Assembly (NCBI GenBank): GCA_030754585.1
Contig: JASMAB010000002.1
Span: 1 to 59,784, forward strand
From: Nitrososphaerales archaeon
GTDB taxonomy: Archaea; Thermoproteota; Nitrososphaeria; Nitrososphaerales; JACPRH01
Reading direction: 5' to 3'
Length of the DNA: 59,784 nt
A program made the translations under genes and the position numbers. Of the stretch, positions 47,691-58,090 are shown in pieces (the first letter of the stretch is position 1; each line of letters begins with the position of its first letter). Under the pieces are notes generated by a model. That model did not search any database. It saw only the letters and a list, made by a program, of their open reading frames with translations, and had not been told where the DNA came from.

Positions 47691-47948
47691 TCAAGAAACC
47701 AATCTCAATAGACCATTAATAATATTGTTGTTTTTTCCTACAATTTTTACAGAAATTATCATTAGCAGATATTTATCCACTTAGATTTATTGCTCTGGAT
47801 TACTGTTTCATCTTTCACGTCCTCTCATACTGAGAAAATAGATAACTATGAAAAAGTAAAGAATCGATTATAAAAAAAGAAAAATAGATAATATGTTCTG
47901 CGTAGTTTTTAATCTAATTATTGACTATAATACTTGTTTTTATTAATT

Positions 47949-49118
47949 TTAGTGTGCACTGAAGTATTCTGTGGCTGCATTTGTTGCTGCTCCTTTCTTA
48001 ATTGGGTGACCTTCTATACGAAATGCACGTTCTATCGCATCTAATGCGAAGATTACATTTCGTTCACTTGAGTTTATTCCCATTAAACCTATCCTCAGTA
48101 CTTGGTTCTTAAGTTCACCTAGTCCTGCCCCGATTTCTGTGTTGAAAGTATCAAGGATTATTTGTCTTATCCTCATATCATCGACATCTTTTGGTATTCT
48201 GACTGCGTTTAGAGTTGGTAAAGTGTATTTTTTTTCAGTATTCATTTCAAATCCAGCAGCTTCCACGCCTGCAACTAGAGCATTTGAGTTCTTGAGATGT
48301 TTTGCTATTCTTGCTTCTAATCCTTCTTCAAGGGCAATAACTAATGCTTCTCTAAGCCCATATACATTGATAATTGGTGCTGTATGGTGGTACATCCTGC
48401 GTTCACTCCAATATCGTTCAATTAACACAAAATCAAAGTATAAACTTGAAACAGGTTTCCGCCTATTTCTTATCTTTGTGAGTGCTCGTTCATTTACAGT
48501 TATTGGAGATGCGCCTGGAGGACAGTTAAGGCATTTTTGTGGGCTGCTGAAACATATGTCTATCCCCCAACGATCTATCTCTAAATCAACACCTGTAAAT
48601 GAGGTTACTGCATCAACAAGAAGAATGGCGTCGTTTGATCTTGTTATTTTTGCAATATCTTTAAGAGGCTGTAAAGCACCTGTAGATGTTTCCGCTTGAA
48701 CTAGTGCCACAATTTTAGCATTACTATTCTTTAAGGCATTTTCTATTTCTTCTTTTGTGATAATATCCCCCCATCTTTTCTTTATTGGTATGGTTTTTCC
48801 ACCCCATCTTCGTACCATCTCTTCCATTCTATTTGCAAAAAAACCGTTTACACCTACAACTACTTCGTCACCTTCTTCAACTATGTTTAATATCGATGCT
48901 TCCATTGCAGCGGTTCCTGTTCCAGAGATGGGGAGCGAAAATTTGTTTTGGGTTTTGAATGCTTTAGATATTAGTTTCTTTGTTTCATCCATAACTTCAA
49001 GAAAATATGGGTCTAGATGTCCTACTATAGATGAGCTCATAGCTTGTAATACACGTTGATGAATGTTGCTTGGTCCTGCTCCAAGTAAAAGTCTATGCGG
49101 TGGATTAAAGCCTCCCAT
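47949..49118 (-). CDS. Class V aminotransferase (serine-pyruvate/alanine-glyoxylate type)
   Basis: The N-terminus reads LLGAGPSN, and the PLP-lysine region reads FSSPQKCLNCPPG. Confidence 0.85.
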   Translation of the reverse strand: MGGFNPPHRLLLGAGPSNIHQRVLQAMSSSIVGHLDPYFLEVMDETKKLISKAFKTQNKFSLPISGTGTAAMEASILNIVEEGDEVVVGVNGFFANRMEEMVRRWGGKTIPIKKRWGDIITKEEIENALKNSNAKIVALVQAETSTGALQPLKDIAKITRSNDAILLVDAVTSFTGVDLEIDRWGIDICFSSPQKCLNCPPGASPITVNERALTKIRNRRKPVSSLYFDFVLIERYWSERRMYHHTAPIINVYGLREALVIALEEGLEARIAKHLKNSNALVAGVEAAGFEMNTEKKYTLPTLNAVRIPKDVDDMRIRQIILDTFNTEIGAGLGELKNQVLRIGLMGINSSERNVIFALDAIERAFRIEGHPIKKGAATNAATEYFSAH

Positions 49119-49402
49119 TATGCAACGCTTAACTATTGGGTACCTAGATAATAAATAGATATCTTGTGCCTATATTTCATAGATATTATTTTCTCTGATT
49201 AAATGTGTTATTTTTCAAGAAAAGGTACCCGTGGATATTATTTAGTTGAATATGCGTGGATGGTTTGTATGAGCATAAATGTTGTGAAGGTTTCAGGTGA
49301 GATTGGGAGAAGTTATGAAACGACTTACGTTTCTTGATGTAGTGAATAGTTTTTACTCGTTCTACATAATTCTTATTAAAGTATGGTTTGGCTCTTTATT
49401 TT

Positions 49403-50638
49403 ATGGAGATTTCTCCAGATGTACATTGGGTAGGAGTTAATGATACTGAGAGTAAATTCTTTGAATCTTTATGGAGTATTCCAAAAGGAGTTAGTCTGAA
49501 TTCTTATCTTGTCTTAGGAGAAAAAAAGAAGACATTAATCGATACTGTTAATGACAATTATTTTGATGAATATATTGAGAATCTCAAACGGTTGATTGAC
49601 CCTGAAGATATTGATTATATTGTTATTAATCATGTAGAGCCAGATCATGCAGGTTCACTTTCAAAAATTCTGTCTATTGCATCAAAAGCCTCTGTTATTA
49701 GTTCAAAGATGGGAATCGACTTTGTTAAGTATTATCATCAGGTTCCGTTTAACGATATCTCTGTAGATGATGGTGATAAGGTAGATCTTGGTGGAAAAAC
49801 TCTGAAGTTTATTATGACTCCATGTATTCATTGGCCCGAAACCATGTGTACTTTCTTGGGAGATGATGGTATCTTGTTTTCTGGTGATCTTTTTGGTGCA
49901 TTTGATTCTATTGGTGATGAGATATTTGATGATAAAATAGGCAAAGATTCTATTTATTCTGCCAAACGATATTTTACTTCAATACTTTCACCATATTATG
50001 GTTCCATAAATTCGGCATTGAAGAAATTAGGCGATCTTCAAAAACCTTGTAGAGTAATTGCCCCTAGTCATGGTTTAATTTATAGAAATGACCCCTCTTT
50101 TATTACAAAATTGTATGCTGATTTATGTTCTGGTAAATTTGAAGAGAAGGTTGTTATTTTATATGGTTCAATGTATGGTAACACAAAGGTTTTAGCTGAA
50201 GCTGTATCTGATGGTGTGAAGGATAAATGTGTCAAAGTTGCTTTATTCAATGCAACTTATGATGATCCGAGTGAAATCTTAACTGAGTTATGGAAAGCTC
50301 CTGCTATAGCTGTAGGAAGTCCAGTGTATGATTGCTACATATTTCCTCCTATAACAAATTTGTTGGAGTTGATTAAAGTGAAAAGGATAAGGCAGCGAGT
50401 ATTCGGACTTTTTGGTGATTATACTTGGGGAGGCGGACCTTTGTATCAGCTTCAAAATAAAATAAAGGAGCTTGGATCAGAAGTAATTGGATCATTTGTA
50501 AAATCTCAAGGTTCACCCACTGCAAACAATATTGAAAGTGCTATAGAACTAGGTAATCTTTTGGCGGAAAAAGCTATTAAGAATACTAAGGAATCAAGTG
50601 CATTAGCTCCTGTTCAAGATCCATTTTGTCCTACATGA
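49403..50638 (+). CDS. fprA: Flavodiiron protein (FprA family: metallo-beta-lactamase-like plus flavodoxin domains)
   Basis: The diiron ligand motif HVEPDH is present, and the flavodoxin region reads VVILYGSMYGNTK. ATG 49403 (MEISPDVHWVG) is preferred over TTG 49388. Confidence 0.85.
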   Translation: MEISPDVHWVGVNDTESKFFESLWSIPKGVSLNSYLVLGEKKKTLIDTVNDNYFDEYIENLKRLIDPEDIDYIVINHVEPDHAGSLSKILSIASKASVISSKMGIDFVKYYHQVPFNDISVDDGDKVDLGGKTLKFIMTPCIHWPETMCTFLGDDGILFSGDLFGAFDSIGDEIFDDKIGKDSIYSAKRYFTSILSPYYGSINSALKKLGDLQKPCRVIAPSHGLIYRNDPSFITKLYADLCSGKFEEKVVILYGSMYGNTKVLAEAVSDGVKDKCVKVALFNATYDDPSEILTELWKAPAIAVGSPVYDCYIFPPITNLLELIKVKRIRQRVFGLFGDYTWGGGPLYQLQNKIKELGSEVIGSFVKSQGSPTANNIESAIELGNLLAEKAIKNTKESSALAPVQDPFCPT

Positions 50639-50741
50639 TATTCTAATGTTATTGAAAATGTGAACTATCATGCGTGAAAATATACTGATAGCATATACTG
50701 TAATTATAGAAATAGGTTCATATCACTAACTTGAGTGAAAC

Positions 50742-51512
50742 TTGAAAGAGATTGTTGTGAAAGTGAATCAAATTATTATTACTGGTTTAGAGGGAATACC
50801 TACCGTAAAGAATGGAGATGATATTGCTGATATTATCATTAAAGCAGCCTCAAAGCAAGGGGCTGTTCTTGCAGATGGAGATATAATTGCAATAACCTCA
50901 AAAATAGTATCAAAAGCTGAAGGACGGATTGTTCATCTTGAAGATGTTGAACCATCTGTAAGTGCTTTGAAATTTTCAAAAGTTCTTGGATCAGACCCTA
51001 GGAAAGTTGAAGTTATTTTATCTGAAGCAAAAAGAATTGTTCGAATGGTAAAGGGTCTAGTAATAGTTGAGACACGTCAAGGTTTTGTGTGTGCAAATGG
51101 AGGGATTGATGCCTCAAATATTGAACCTGGAACTTTGGTTCTTCTTCCCAAGAATTCCGATAAATCTGCTAGGCGTATAAAACAAACTTTGAAATCAAAA
51201 GCAAATGTTGATGTTGCTGTGATAATTACTGATACTTTTGGACGGCCTTGGCGTGAAGGTCAAATCAATATTGCAATTGGAGTTGCTGGTATTATTCCAC
51301 TGTTCTCCTATGTGGGTTCTAATGATACCTATGGTAATGCATTGAGTGCTACCAATATGGCTGTAGCTGATGAAATAGCTTCTGCATCTGAATTAGTCAT
51401 GGGGAAATTGAACAAGATACCTGTCGTAGTTGTTAGAGGTTACAAATATGAGCCAGGCAAGGGTTCTGCCCGTAAATTGGTAAGAAAGGTCTCAAGAGAT
51501 CTGTTCAGATAA
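50742..51512 (+). CDS. cofE: Coenzyme F420-0:L-glutamate ligase
   Basis: Motifs seen: ITSKIVSKAEGR and ITDTFGRPWREGQ. Confidence 0.85.
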   Translation: MKEIVVKVNQIIITGLEGIPTVKNGDDIADIIIKAASKQGAVLADGDIIAITSKIVSKAEGRIVHLEDVEPSVSALKFSKVLGSDPRKVEVILSEAKRIVRMVKGLVIVETRQGFVCANGGIDASNIEPGTLVLLPKNSDKSARRIKQTLKSKANVDVAVIITDTFGRPWREGQINIAIGVAGIIPLFSYVGSNDTYGNALSATNMAVADEIASASELVMGKLNKIPVVVVRGYKYEPGKGSARKLVRKVSRDLFR

Positions 51513-51531
51513 TTTTTTGGTGAAATAAAGA

Positions 51532-52446
51532 ATGTTAGCTGTTCTAGCTGGTGGGACAGGGTCAGCTAAACTTGTTCGTGGTCTTGTCAAAACTGTGACT
51601 GACAATATTACTATTATTGTAAATGTTGGAGATAATATAAAATTACATGGACTCCATATTTGTCCTGATATCGACACCATTCTGTACACATTGTCAGACC
51701 AACTTAATTCTGGTCAGGGATGGGGCATTAAGAATGATACCTATAATTTTCTGCATCAGGTATCGAAGTATGGATCTGATGATTGGTTTAAATTAGGTGA
51801 TAAGGATCTTGCTTTGCATCTTGTACGAACTAATTTGCTTAATGCCGGATGGACTTTATCTGAAGCTACTAATGTTATAGCAAAAAGAATGGATATTGCT
51901 CAGACGGTATTGCCTGCCTCTAACGATCATGTTGAGACTCTAATAGATACTCCTCAAGGGGAAATGCATCTTCAAGAATTCTGGGTTAAGCTGAAAGGAA
52001 AACCTGATGTAATTGGAGTAAAATATGTAGGTTCCAAGAAATCTCAACCTGCACCCAATGTAGTGAATACCATACTTGAGGCTGAGAAAGTGATTATTTG
52101 CCCTGCTAATCCCGTTTCAAGTATAGGTCCCATGACTCATATTTTGGGGATAAAAGAAGCATTGATACGTGCCCGTGATCGTGTTGTTGCAATTAGTCCT
52201 ATAATATGTGATAATCCTGTGAGTGGGCCTGCAGATAAGTTTCTACGGAGCATTGGAGTTGATGTTTCACCGAAAGGCATTACTGAACTTTATTCTAGCT
52301 TTGTTAGTAAAATGATAATAGATGAGAATGATAAAGCAATGATAACTGATATTGAAAAAATAGGTGTTAAAGTTTCTGTTACAGATATTATGATGAGGAC
52401 AGAAGATGATGAGCAAAAGTTAGCTAAATTTGTAATTGGTGTCTAA
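51532..52446 (+). CDS. cofD: 2-Phospho-L-lactate transferase
   Basis: The N-terminus reads LAGGTGSAKLVRGL. The length and pattern are typical of CofD. Confidence 0.88.
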   Translation: MLAVLAGGTGSAKLVRGLVKTVTDNITIIVNVGDNIKLHGLHICPDIDTILYTLSDQLNSGQGWGIKNDTYNFLHQVSKYGSDDWFKLGDKDLALHLVRTNLLNAGWTLSEATNVIAKRMDIAQTVLPASNDHVETLIDTPQGEMHLQEFWVKLKGKPDVIGVKYVGSKKSQPAPNVVNTILEAEKVIICPANPVSSIGPMTHILGIKEALIRARDRVVAISPIICDNPVSGPADKFLRSIGVDVSPKGITELYSSFVSKMIIDENDKAMITDIEKIGVKVSVTDIMMRTEDDEQKLAKFVIGV

Positions 52447-52547
52447 CAGATTTTCATTACTCTATTTTACTTCAACAGCCTAATGGGATTATGCAATATA
52501 TCATGTCAGCGTTTAGAACATTTATTCAGAAGTTAGAACAGTTATCT

Positions 52548-53492
52548 CTAATCGGTTATTTGTGCTCGTCTAAATGCAAACCATCCAATCACAAAAAATG
52601 TTATCATATACGTTAACCCCACTGCTAAACTTCGCAACGCCACAGTTGAGATTGGATCCGATAATAATTGTATTGCTGATGGAGGCCCATCACTAATGAA
52701 ACTCATTCCACAGATATCTATTATTCTATCCGGTTCTTGAACCCATTCAACTAGGAGTCTGCCTAACTCATTTGTTCCTGTTCTTATTCCATCTCCCATT
52801 CCAGAAAGTGAATCACAACCTCCGCTTATACCGACTGCTCCATCTCCAGGTGTATACAGAAGTATCAATGGCTGACCGAATGACGCAAGAATGGTTCCGA
52901 CCATTATAAGCCCAATAAATGTGCCTAATGAACCCATAACTGCAATGTTGGAGCTCTTGAATACTGAGCTGAAAAATACTGCTAATGATAACCAAATAAA
53001 TGTCGCAACAACTGCACCTGAGAAACCCAATGGCAAGAGGTGCAACAATTCTTGTGGTCCATAGATGAGAAATCCAGCGGTTATTATATAACCAGCTAGG
53101 AATATGTAAGCAGCAACTACCGTTATTAGCCCAGCTACAATCTTGGCTAAAATAACCAAGTTTCTTGAAACAGGTTTAGTTAACAAAGGAATTATTGTCT
53201 GACTCTCAAATTCTCCAGAAACCATATTCATACCTACAGCAACTGCAAAAAGAAACATCGTAAAACCCCCTGCCATTGTAGAAACATTATCAATAACAAA
53301 CAATGGATCCTTATCAAAAGGAGCATTCGTGTATTCTGCTATTAACCAAGGGACAACAGCAATAAGGGTAACAATCAGAAATGCAAGGATAAGAACACCC
53401 ACCATCTTCTTCTTTCTGAGATTCCATAATAGCTCATAATACAATATAGCCATAAATCGTCCTGTCCAACTTCCCTGTTGTTTTTCTGTCAA
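52548..53492 (-). CDS. ABC-2 type transporter permease (NosY/COG1277-like)
   Basis: The protein has 6 TM with a large Gly/Cys-containing loop before the last TM. It lies directly downstream of an ABC ATPase. Confidence 0.7.
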   Translation of the reverse strand: MTEKQQGSWTGRFMAILYYELLWNLRKKKMVGVLILAFLIVTLIAVVPWLIAEYTNAPFDKDPLFVIDNVSTMAGGFTMFLFAVAVGMNMVSGEFESQTIIPLLTKPVSRNLVILAKIVAGLITVVAAYIFLAGYIITAGFLIYGPQELLHLLPLGFSGAVVATFIWLSLAVFFSSVFKSSNIAVMGSLGTFIGLIMVGTILASFGQPLILLYTPGDGAVGISGGCDSLSGMGDGIRTGTNELGRLLVEWVQEPDRIIDICGMSFISDGPPSAIQLLSDPISTVALRSLAVGLTYMITFFVIGWFAFRRAQITD

Positions 53493-53494
53493 AT

Positions 53495-54427
53495 CTAAGA
53501 TTCCACCTTCAACAAATCTAGAAAAGTATCCTCCAATCCCTTACCTTCCTCATGCATTTCCACTATCACTCCGCCTGACTTAGTAATAGCTTGAGAAACA
53601 ATAGGTCTTGCATCTTTTTTATTTTGATCAAGATGTATCGTGTATGTCTTTCCTTTCATCTCAACTTTTGCCAATTTAAGATTCTGTAGAGCCTGTAGGA
53701 TTTTATTATTCACTTTATCCACTTCAACAACTATTCTTCTGTTCTTTGACAATGCAGAAATTTCATTAAGAGAACCTGAGGCAACAGTTATCCCTTTATT
53801 CATTATTGTAATGCGATCACATATCTGAGTAACTTCAGATAAGAGATGAGAAGAAAAAAATATTGTAGTACCACTCTTTGCTATTCCCTTTATAAGTTTC
53901 CTCATCTCCACCATGCCTACAGGATCCAGTCCGATGCTTGGCTCATCCAAGATTAGCATTTCAGGATCATTTATCATTGCTTGAGCCAGTCCGATTCTTT
54001 GCTGCATTCCCTTACTATATCCACCAATTCTATCTTTTCCTCTTCCCTCAAGACCAACCTTCTCTATTAACTCTGGAATTCTTTGTTTTCTTGATTCTTT
54101 TGACATCCCATACATACGACCATAAACATCTAGGAGCTCATTTCCACTCAAGTGCTGTGGATAACTTGGAAGTTCCGATAAATAACCCATTCTTTGGCGA
54201 ATATGAGGTTTATCTCCTGCGGCATCTTGTTCAAGAATCTTAATAGATCCTGATGTTGGTTTTAATAAACCCACGAGCATCTTTATGGTGGTGCTTTTTC
54301 CTGCTCCGTTGGGTCCAAGGAAACCATGAATTTCGCCTACTTTCACCTTCAAATTTAACTGATTTACAGCTACACGACTACCGTATTTTTTTATCAAGTC
54401 AGTAGTCTCTATAGCATAATCAGACAA
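53495..54427 (-). CDS. ABC transporter ATP-binding protein (CcmA/NosF-like)
   Basis: Walker A GPNGAGKST, signature YSKGMQQR and Walker B ILDEPS are present. Confidence 0.9.
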   Translation of the reverse strand: MSDYAIETTDLIKKYGSRVAVNQLNLKVKVGEIHGFLGPNGAGKSTTIKMLVGLLKPTSGSIKILEQDAAGDKPHIRQRMGYLSELPSYPQHLSGNELLDVYGRMYGMSKESRKQRIPELIEKVGLEGRGKDRIGGYSKGMQQRIGLAQAMINDPEMLILDEPSIGLDPVGMVEMRKLIKGIAKSGTTIFFSSHLLSEVTQICDRITIMNKGITVASGSLNEISALSKNRRIVVEVDKVNNKILQALQNLKLAKVEMKGKTYTIHLDQNKKDARPIVSQAITKSGGVIVEMHEEGKGLEDTFLDLLKVES

Positions 54428-54607
54428 TTATTGCACATTGTAGGTTATTATTTTTTAATTATTAAATCTATTATTTATTTGAGATCTATGGTGAAACTTT
54501 ATCAAAAATAGAACATATTACTTTTTATTTTATTGTGAAAAAAATATGTTATTTAAATGCAATCAAGAAGACAATATAAGTAGCCTAAATCAGAAGAATG
54601 TACTTAT

Positions 54608-55255
54608 TTGAGTTTACACGCCATAATACCAGTGAAGAAATTAGATTTTGCCAAGTTAAGACTCTCCAATTTTTTAAATAAAGAAGAGCGAATAAATCTA
54701 TCTATCTTTATGCTTCATGATGTTCTAAAATCAATTGCATCATCAGACGAAATAGAATCAACTATTGTAGTTACTCCTGAACAAGAAGTCGTAAATCTAA
54801 CAAAATCATTCGGATTTTCTACAATATTGGAAAAAGAACAACGGGGTGTTAATTTTGCTGTAAAAATTGCGAATGAATATTGTTTGAATAATGGAGCTTC
54901 TTCGACCATAATTATTCCTGCAGATATTCCACTTATAAAACCTGGAGATATTAAAAAGATAGTTAATTCTTCTAGAAATACACAATCTGTTGTAATCGTT
55001 CCTTCTAAGCGTATGGATGGTACGAATGCTTTACTTCGTTCACCCCCAGATGTAATCAAGACTTCATATGATTTTTCAAGTTATACAACACACAAAAAAT
55101 ATGCGTCAGAACAGAAAATTCCTGTATCAATACTCAAATTATATTCAGTGATGCTGGATCTCGATCTTCAAGAAGATTTAGAAGAATTTATGGATAAAGA
55201 AAGTGAAACTCAAACATACAAATTTCTATCTGAGAACAAACCATTCAATCAATAA
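54608..55255 (+). CDS. cofC: 2-Phospho-L-lactate guanylyltransferase
   Basis: Motifs seen: AIIPVKKLDFAKLRLS, PADIPL and DGTNAL. The start is TTG. Confidence 0.75.
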   Translation: MSLHAIIPVKKLDFAKLRLSNFLNKEERINLSIFMLHDVLKSIASSDEIESTIVVTPEQEVVNLTKSFGFSTILEKEQRGVNFAVKIANEYCLNNGASSTIIIPADIPLIKPGDIKKIVNSSRNTQSVVIVPSKRMDGTNALLRSPPDVIKTSYDFSSYTTHKKYASEQKIPVSILKLYSVMLDLDLQEDLEEFMDKESETQTYKFLSENKPFNQ

Positions 55256-55298
55256 TTATTATTTTTTTGAAAAAAAATACTGGTTTTGTATTTTACTC

Positions 55299-57209
55299 TC
55301 AGATCTTTTCAGTTGCATTTATCCCAAGAATTTGAAGTCCATTTTGAATAACAACTTGAAAAGCTTTAATCATTGCAATTCTTCCTAATTTGGTATCTTC
55401 ATCCTTCTCTTTAAGCACAGGTATTTTTTCATAAAAAGCATTAAAAAGTGAAACAAGATGAAACAAATATCGTGCGACAATTTTTGGTGCAAGATTATTT
55501 GCAGCATCCTCTACAATAAGATCGAATTTAGATATTTCTTTAATTAGAGCTATTTCAGATGAATCTGTAAGTTTCTTTGCATATTCACTCTTGATCGATG
55601 GTGTAATACCTGACTTCTCAATTATTCGTGATGCACGGGCATAAGTATATTGAAGATATGGTCCAGTTTCGCCCTCAAGTGCAAGTGCACGGTTAAGGTC
55701 AAAGACAATGGTCTTTTCTAAATCCTGTTTCAGAAGATCAAATCTTACTGCTGCAATCATGATTTTTTCAGCAGTTTCATGTAACCATTCATCAGTTTCA
55801 TCGAGATTCCTCTTTTTTGTTTCTTCAAATGCTCTTTTATGTAGTTTGTCAAGAACTTCATCTGCATTTACATAGATGCCTTTTCGACCGGACATACTTA
55901 CGATTTGTTTTCTTTCAGAAGTGACACCTATTTCTTCAGCAGTTTTTCCACTTAGAAATACAACTTCATACCCTAAGTGAATATATCGTTTTAGATCTTC
56001 TTTTTCTGAAAGGTTTGAAAGTATTATTGCGATAATTCTCTGTAATCTGCCTTGCCTTACATCTATTACGGTGATTGATTTGGAATAAGGTGCAAATTCA
56101 GGATGGTTCATATCAGTTTTTTCAGTGGTAGTAGCCCAAAGATTTGCTCCTTCTGGTTGTTCTGGGAATAATTTGTACCCAAATTTATCTTTGATAATAC
56201 CTAATTTCCAGGCAGCATATGGAATATCTTTCGCCATGTATGTTGCTGTACCGTCACTTCTCAGAAGAACTTTTTCTTCTCCCTCCTTTTCTCCTTTAAT
56301 TCTGACAATCCAACATCCCTTATTTTTACCGTTGGATACTTTTTCAACTAAAGTTTTTGATTTGAGTTGAGAAAAAATGTCGTTCCACATATTTGTTTGA
56401 AGAATATGGGATTCAAAATTAAGAAGATCATACCGTGCTCCAATTCGCCAACAGGTTTTGAGTTGCTCTCTTAAGATTCGTCCAGTAATCTTATGTGAGA
56501 ATTTGGCTATTTCACTTTCTTGTTGTTCAAGCTCTTGAAGAACTTTTTTTTGGGCTTCTATTAGATCTTTTCTAGAATTATACAACTCGTTTATTTTTAC
56601 ATAAACTATATCTCCACAATATTGGTCAAACTTCATATTTCCTGTTGGTTCAAGGGGAAAACCTGCTTGCCTAAATCCAACTACGAGGTCAGCTACCTGT
56701 AAACCTGAGTCGTCAACATAATTTAAGATTTGAACATTATGCCCTGTGAATTCTAAGATTCGTTTGATTGAATCTCCAAGAACAACATTTCGCAAGTGGC
56801 CATAATGAAGAGCTTTATTCGGGTTAACGCTTGTATGTTCTATCCCAATTTTGTCGTTATTTCCTATTTGTACTCTCCCGTAATCAGAGTTATCAAGTAC
56901 ACTCCTAAGAGTTTGATAAGCGTATTTTGCATATTTGTTTGTGAAATTAATGTATCCCTGTGGATGAACAGAGATTTTATCAATAATAGAATTATCCGGT
57001 ATTTTGATTTTTGAAGCTACTTTTTCCGCTATCTCAGTAGGTTTTTTTCCTATTTTGTTAGCTATTGTAATGCAGACACTTACTGATAGATCTCCATACT
57101 CAGGTCTTGGTGGTTCTATTGGTTCAAAACTTAGTTCGGGTAGATCATTTATTGCTAGTGAGTCCATCATACATTTCTTGACTTGATCTTTAAAGTCTCT
57201 AAAACTCAT
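55299..57209 (-). CDS. argS: Arginyl-tRNA synthetase
   Basis: The HIGH-type region reads NPNKALHYGHLRN, and SMSGRKG is present. The anticodon-binding C-terminus ends ...INATEKI. Confidence 0.92.
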   Translation of the reverse strand: MSFRDFKDQVKKCMMDSLAINDLPELSFEPIEPPRPEYGDLSVSVCITIANKIGKKPTEIAEKVASKIKIPDNSIIDKISVHPQGYINFTNKYAKYAYQTLRSVLDNSDYGRVQIGNNDKIGIEHTSVNPNKALHYGHLRNVVLGDSIKRILEFTGHNVQILNYVDDSGLQVADLVVGFRQAGFPLEPTGNMKFDQYCGDIVYVKINELYNSRKDLIEAQKKVLQELEQQESEIAKFSHKITGRILREQLKTCWRIGARYDLLNFESHILQTNMWNDIFSQLKSKTLVEKVSNGKNKGCWIVRIKGEKEGEEKVLLRSDGTATYMAKDIPYAAWKLGIIKDKFGYKLFPEQPEGANLWATTTEKTDMNHPEFAPYSKSITVIDVRQGRLQRIIAIILSNLSEKEDLKRYIHLGYEVVFLSGKTAEEIGVTSERKQIVSMSGRKGIYVNADEVLDKLHKRAFEETKKRNLDETDEWLHETAEKIMIAAVRFDLLKQDLEKTIVFDLNRALALEGETGPYLQYTYARASRIIEKSGITPSIKSEYAKKLTDSSEIALIKEISKFDLIVEDAANNLAPKIVARYLFHLVSLFNAFYEKIPVLKEKDEDTKLGRIAMIKAFQVVIQNGLQILGINATEKI

Positions 57210-57931
57210 TTTTTTAATTCATCCTCAAGGTTTGTATTCAGGATCTTTTGGAAGGATAATTGGAAAGCATCGACAAGCCCTTCACCCGGATTACTATTTA
57301 CAGTATAATTGGCAGTTTCTTTTGCACCATTTGTAGGTTTTCCTGTTGCTATACTATATCTGCATAGTTTGAACATTGGTATATCTGTATCACTATCTCC
57401 AATTGCTATGGTTTCTGCAGGGTCAATCTTGAGTTTTTCAAGTGCCAACTTTAACCCTGTCCCTTTATTGACCGTTTTATCGGTGATATGATATGCAAAT
57501 GTACTATCGATGAGATTCACTGGCATATTGTTCTCAGACAACAGTTTTCTCCCATTTTCTATATCGAAATTTCTTTTTAATACAACTTCCGTGAAGCGAG
57601 GCATTGTTGGTTTTATTTCAACCCCTTTTATTTTATTAGAAAGATAATCATAAGCCGTTTCAGTTTTTGATTTATCTCCAAGTACCTGAATATCTAGAGG
57701 AGATGTGGATAAGACTCCACCATTTTCTCCAACCGATACCAAAGAAGTACCTAAATATTTTGCCAGAATAATGAGTTCCCATGCAGAACGACCACTTACA
57801 AATATTATTTGATATCCTAGTTTTGCAAGACTCCTCAACATAGCTGCTGCTTCAAGGTCTAGGTGTCCTTCATTATCAGCTATTGTCCCATCAACATCTA
57901 GTGCAAAACACTTCATCATTCTACTTTTCAT
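57206..57931 (-). CDS. HAD-IIB family hydrolase (archaeal phosphoglycolate phosphatase-like)
   Basis: Motifs seen: ALDVDGTI, VSGRS and GDSDTD. Confidence 0.75.
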   Translation of the reverse strand: MKSRMMKCFALDVDGTIADNEGHLDLEAAAMLRSLAKLGYQIIFVSGRSAWELIILAKYLGTSLVSVGENGGVLSTSPLDIQVLGDKSKTETAYDYLSNKIKGVEIKPTMPRFTEVVLKRNFDIENGRKLLSENNMPVNLIDSTFAYHITDKTVNKGTGLKLALEKLKIDPAETIAIGDSDTDIPMFKLCRYSIATGKPTNGAKETANYTVNSNPGEGLVDAFQLSFQKILNTNLEDELKK

Positions 57932-58090
57932 ATCTCAATCCTGCATAAGCACCTACATTTCGTTTCCTTAAGAACATAATTATTACTGATTTTATTTTTG
58001 ACTTACATTCTTTTCCTATAATGATGCAATATTAGTGTACACATTCAAATTGAGGCTACTTTTATTAATACAAAATTATATTTGCATTCT

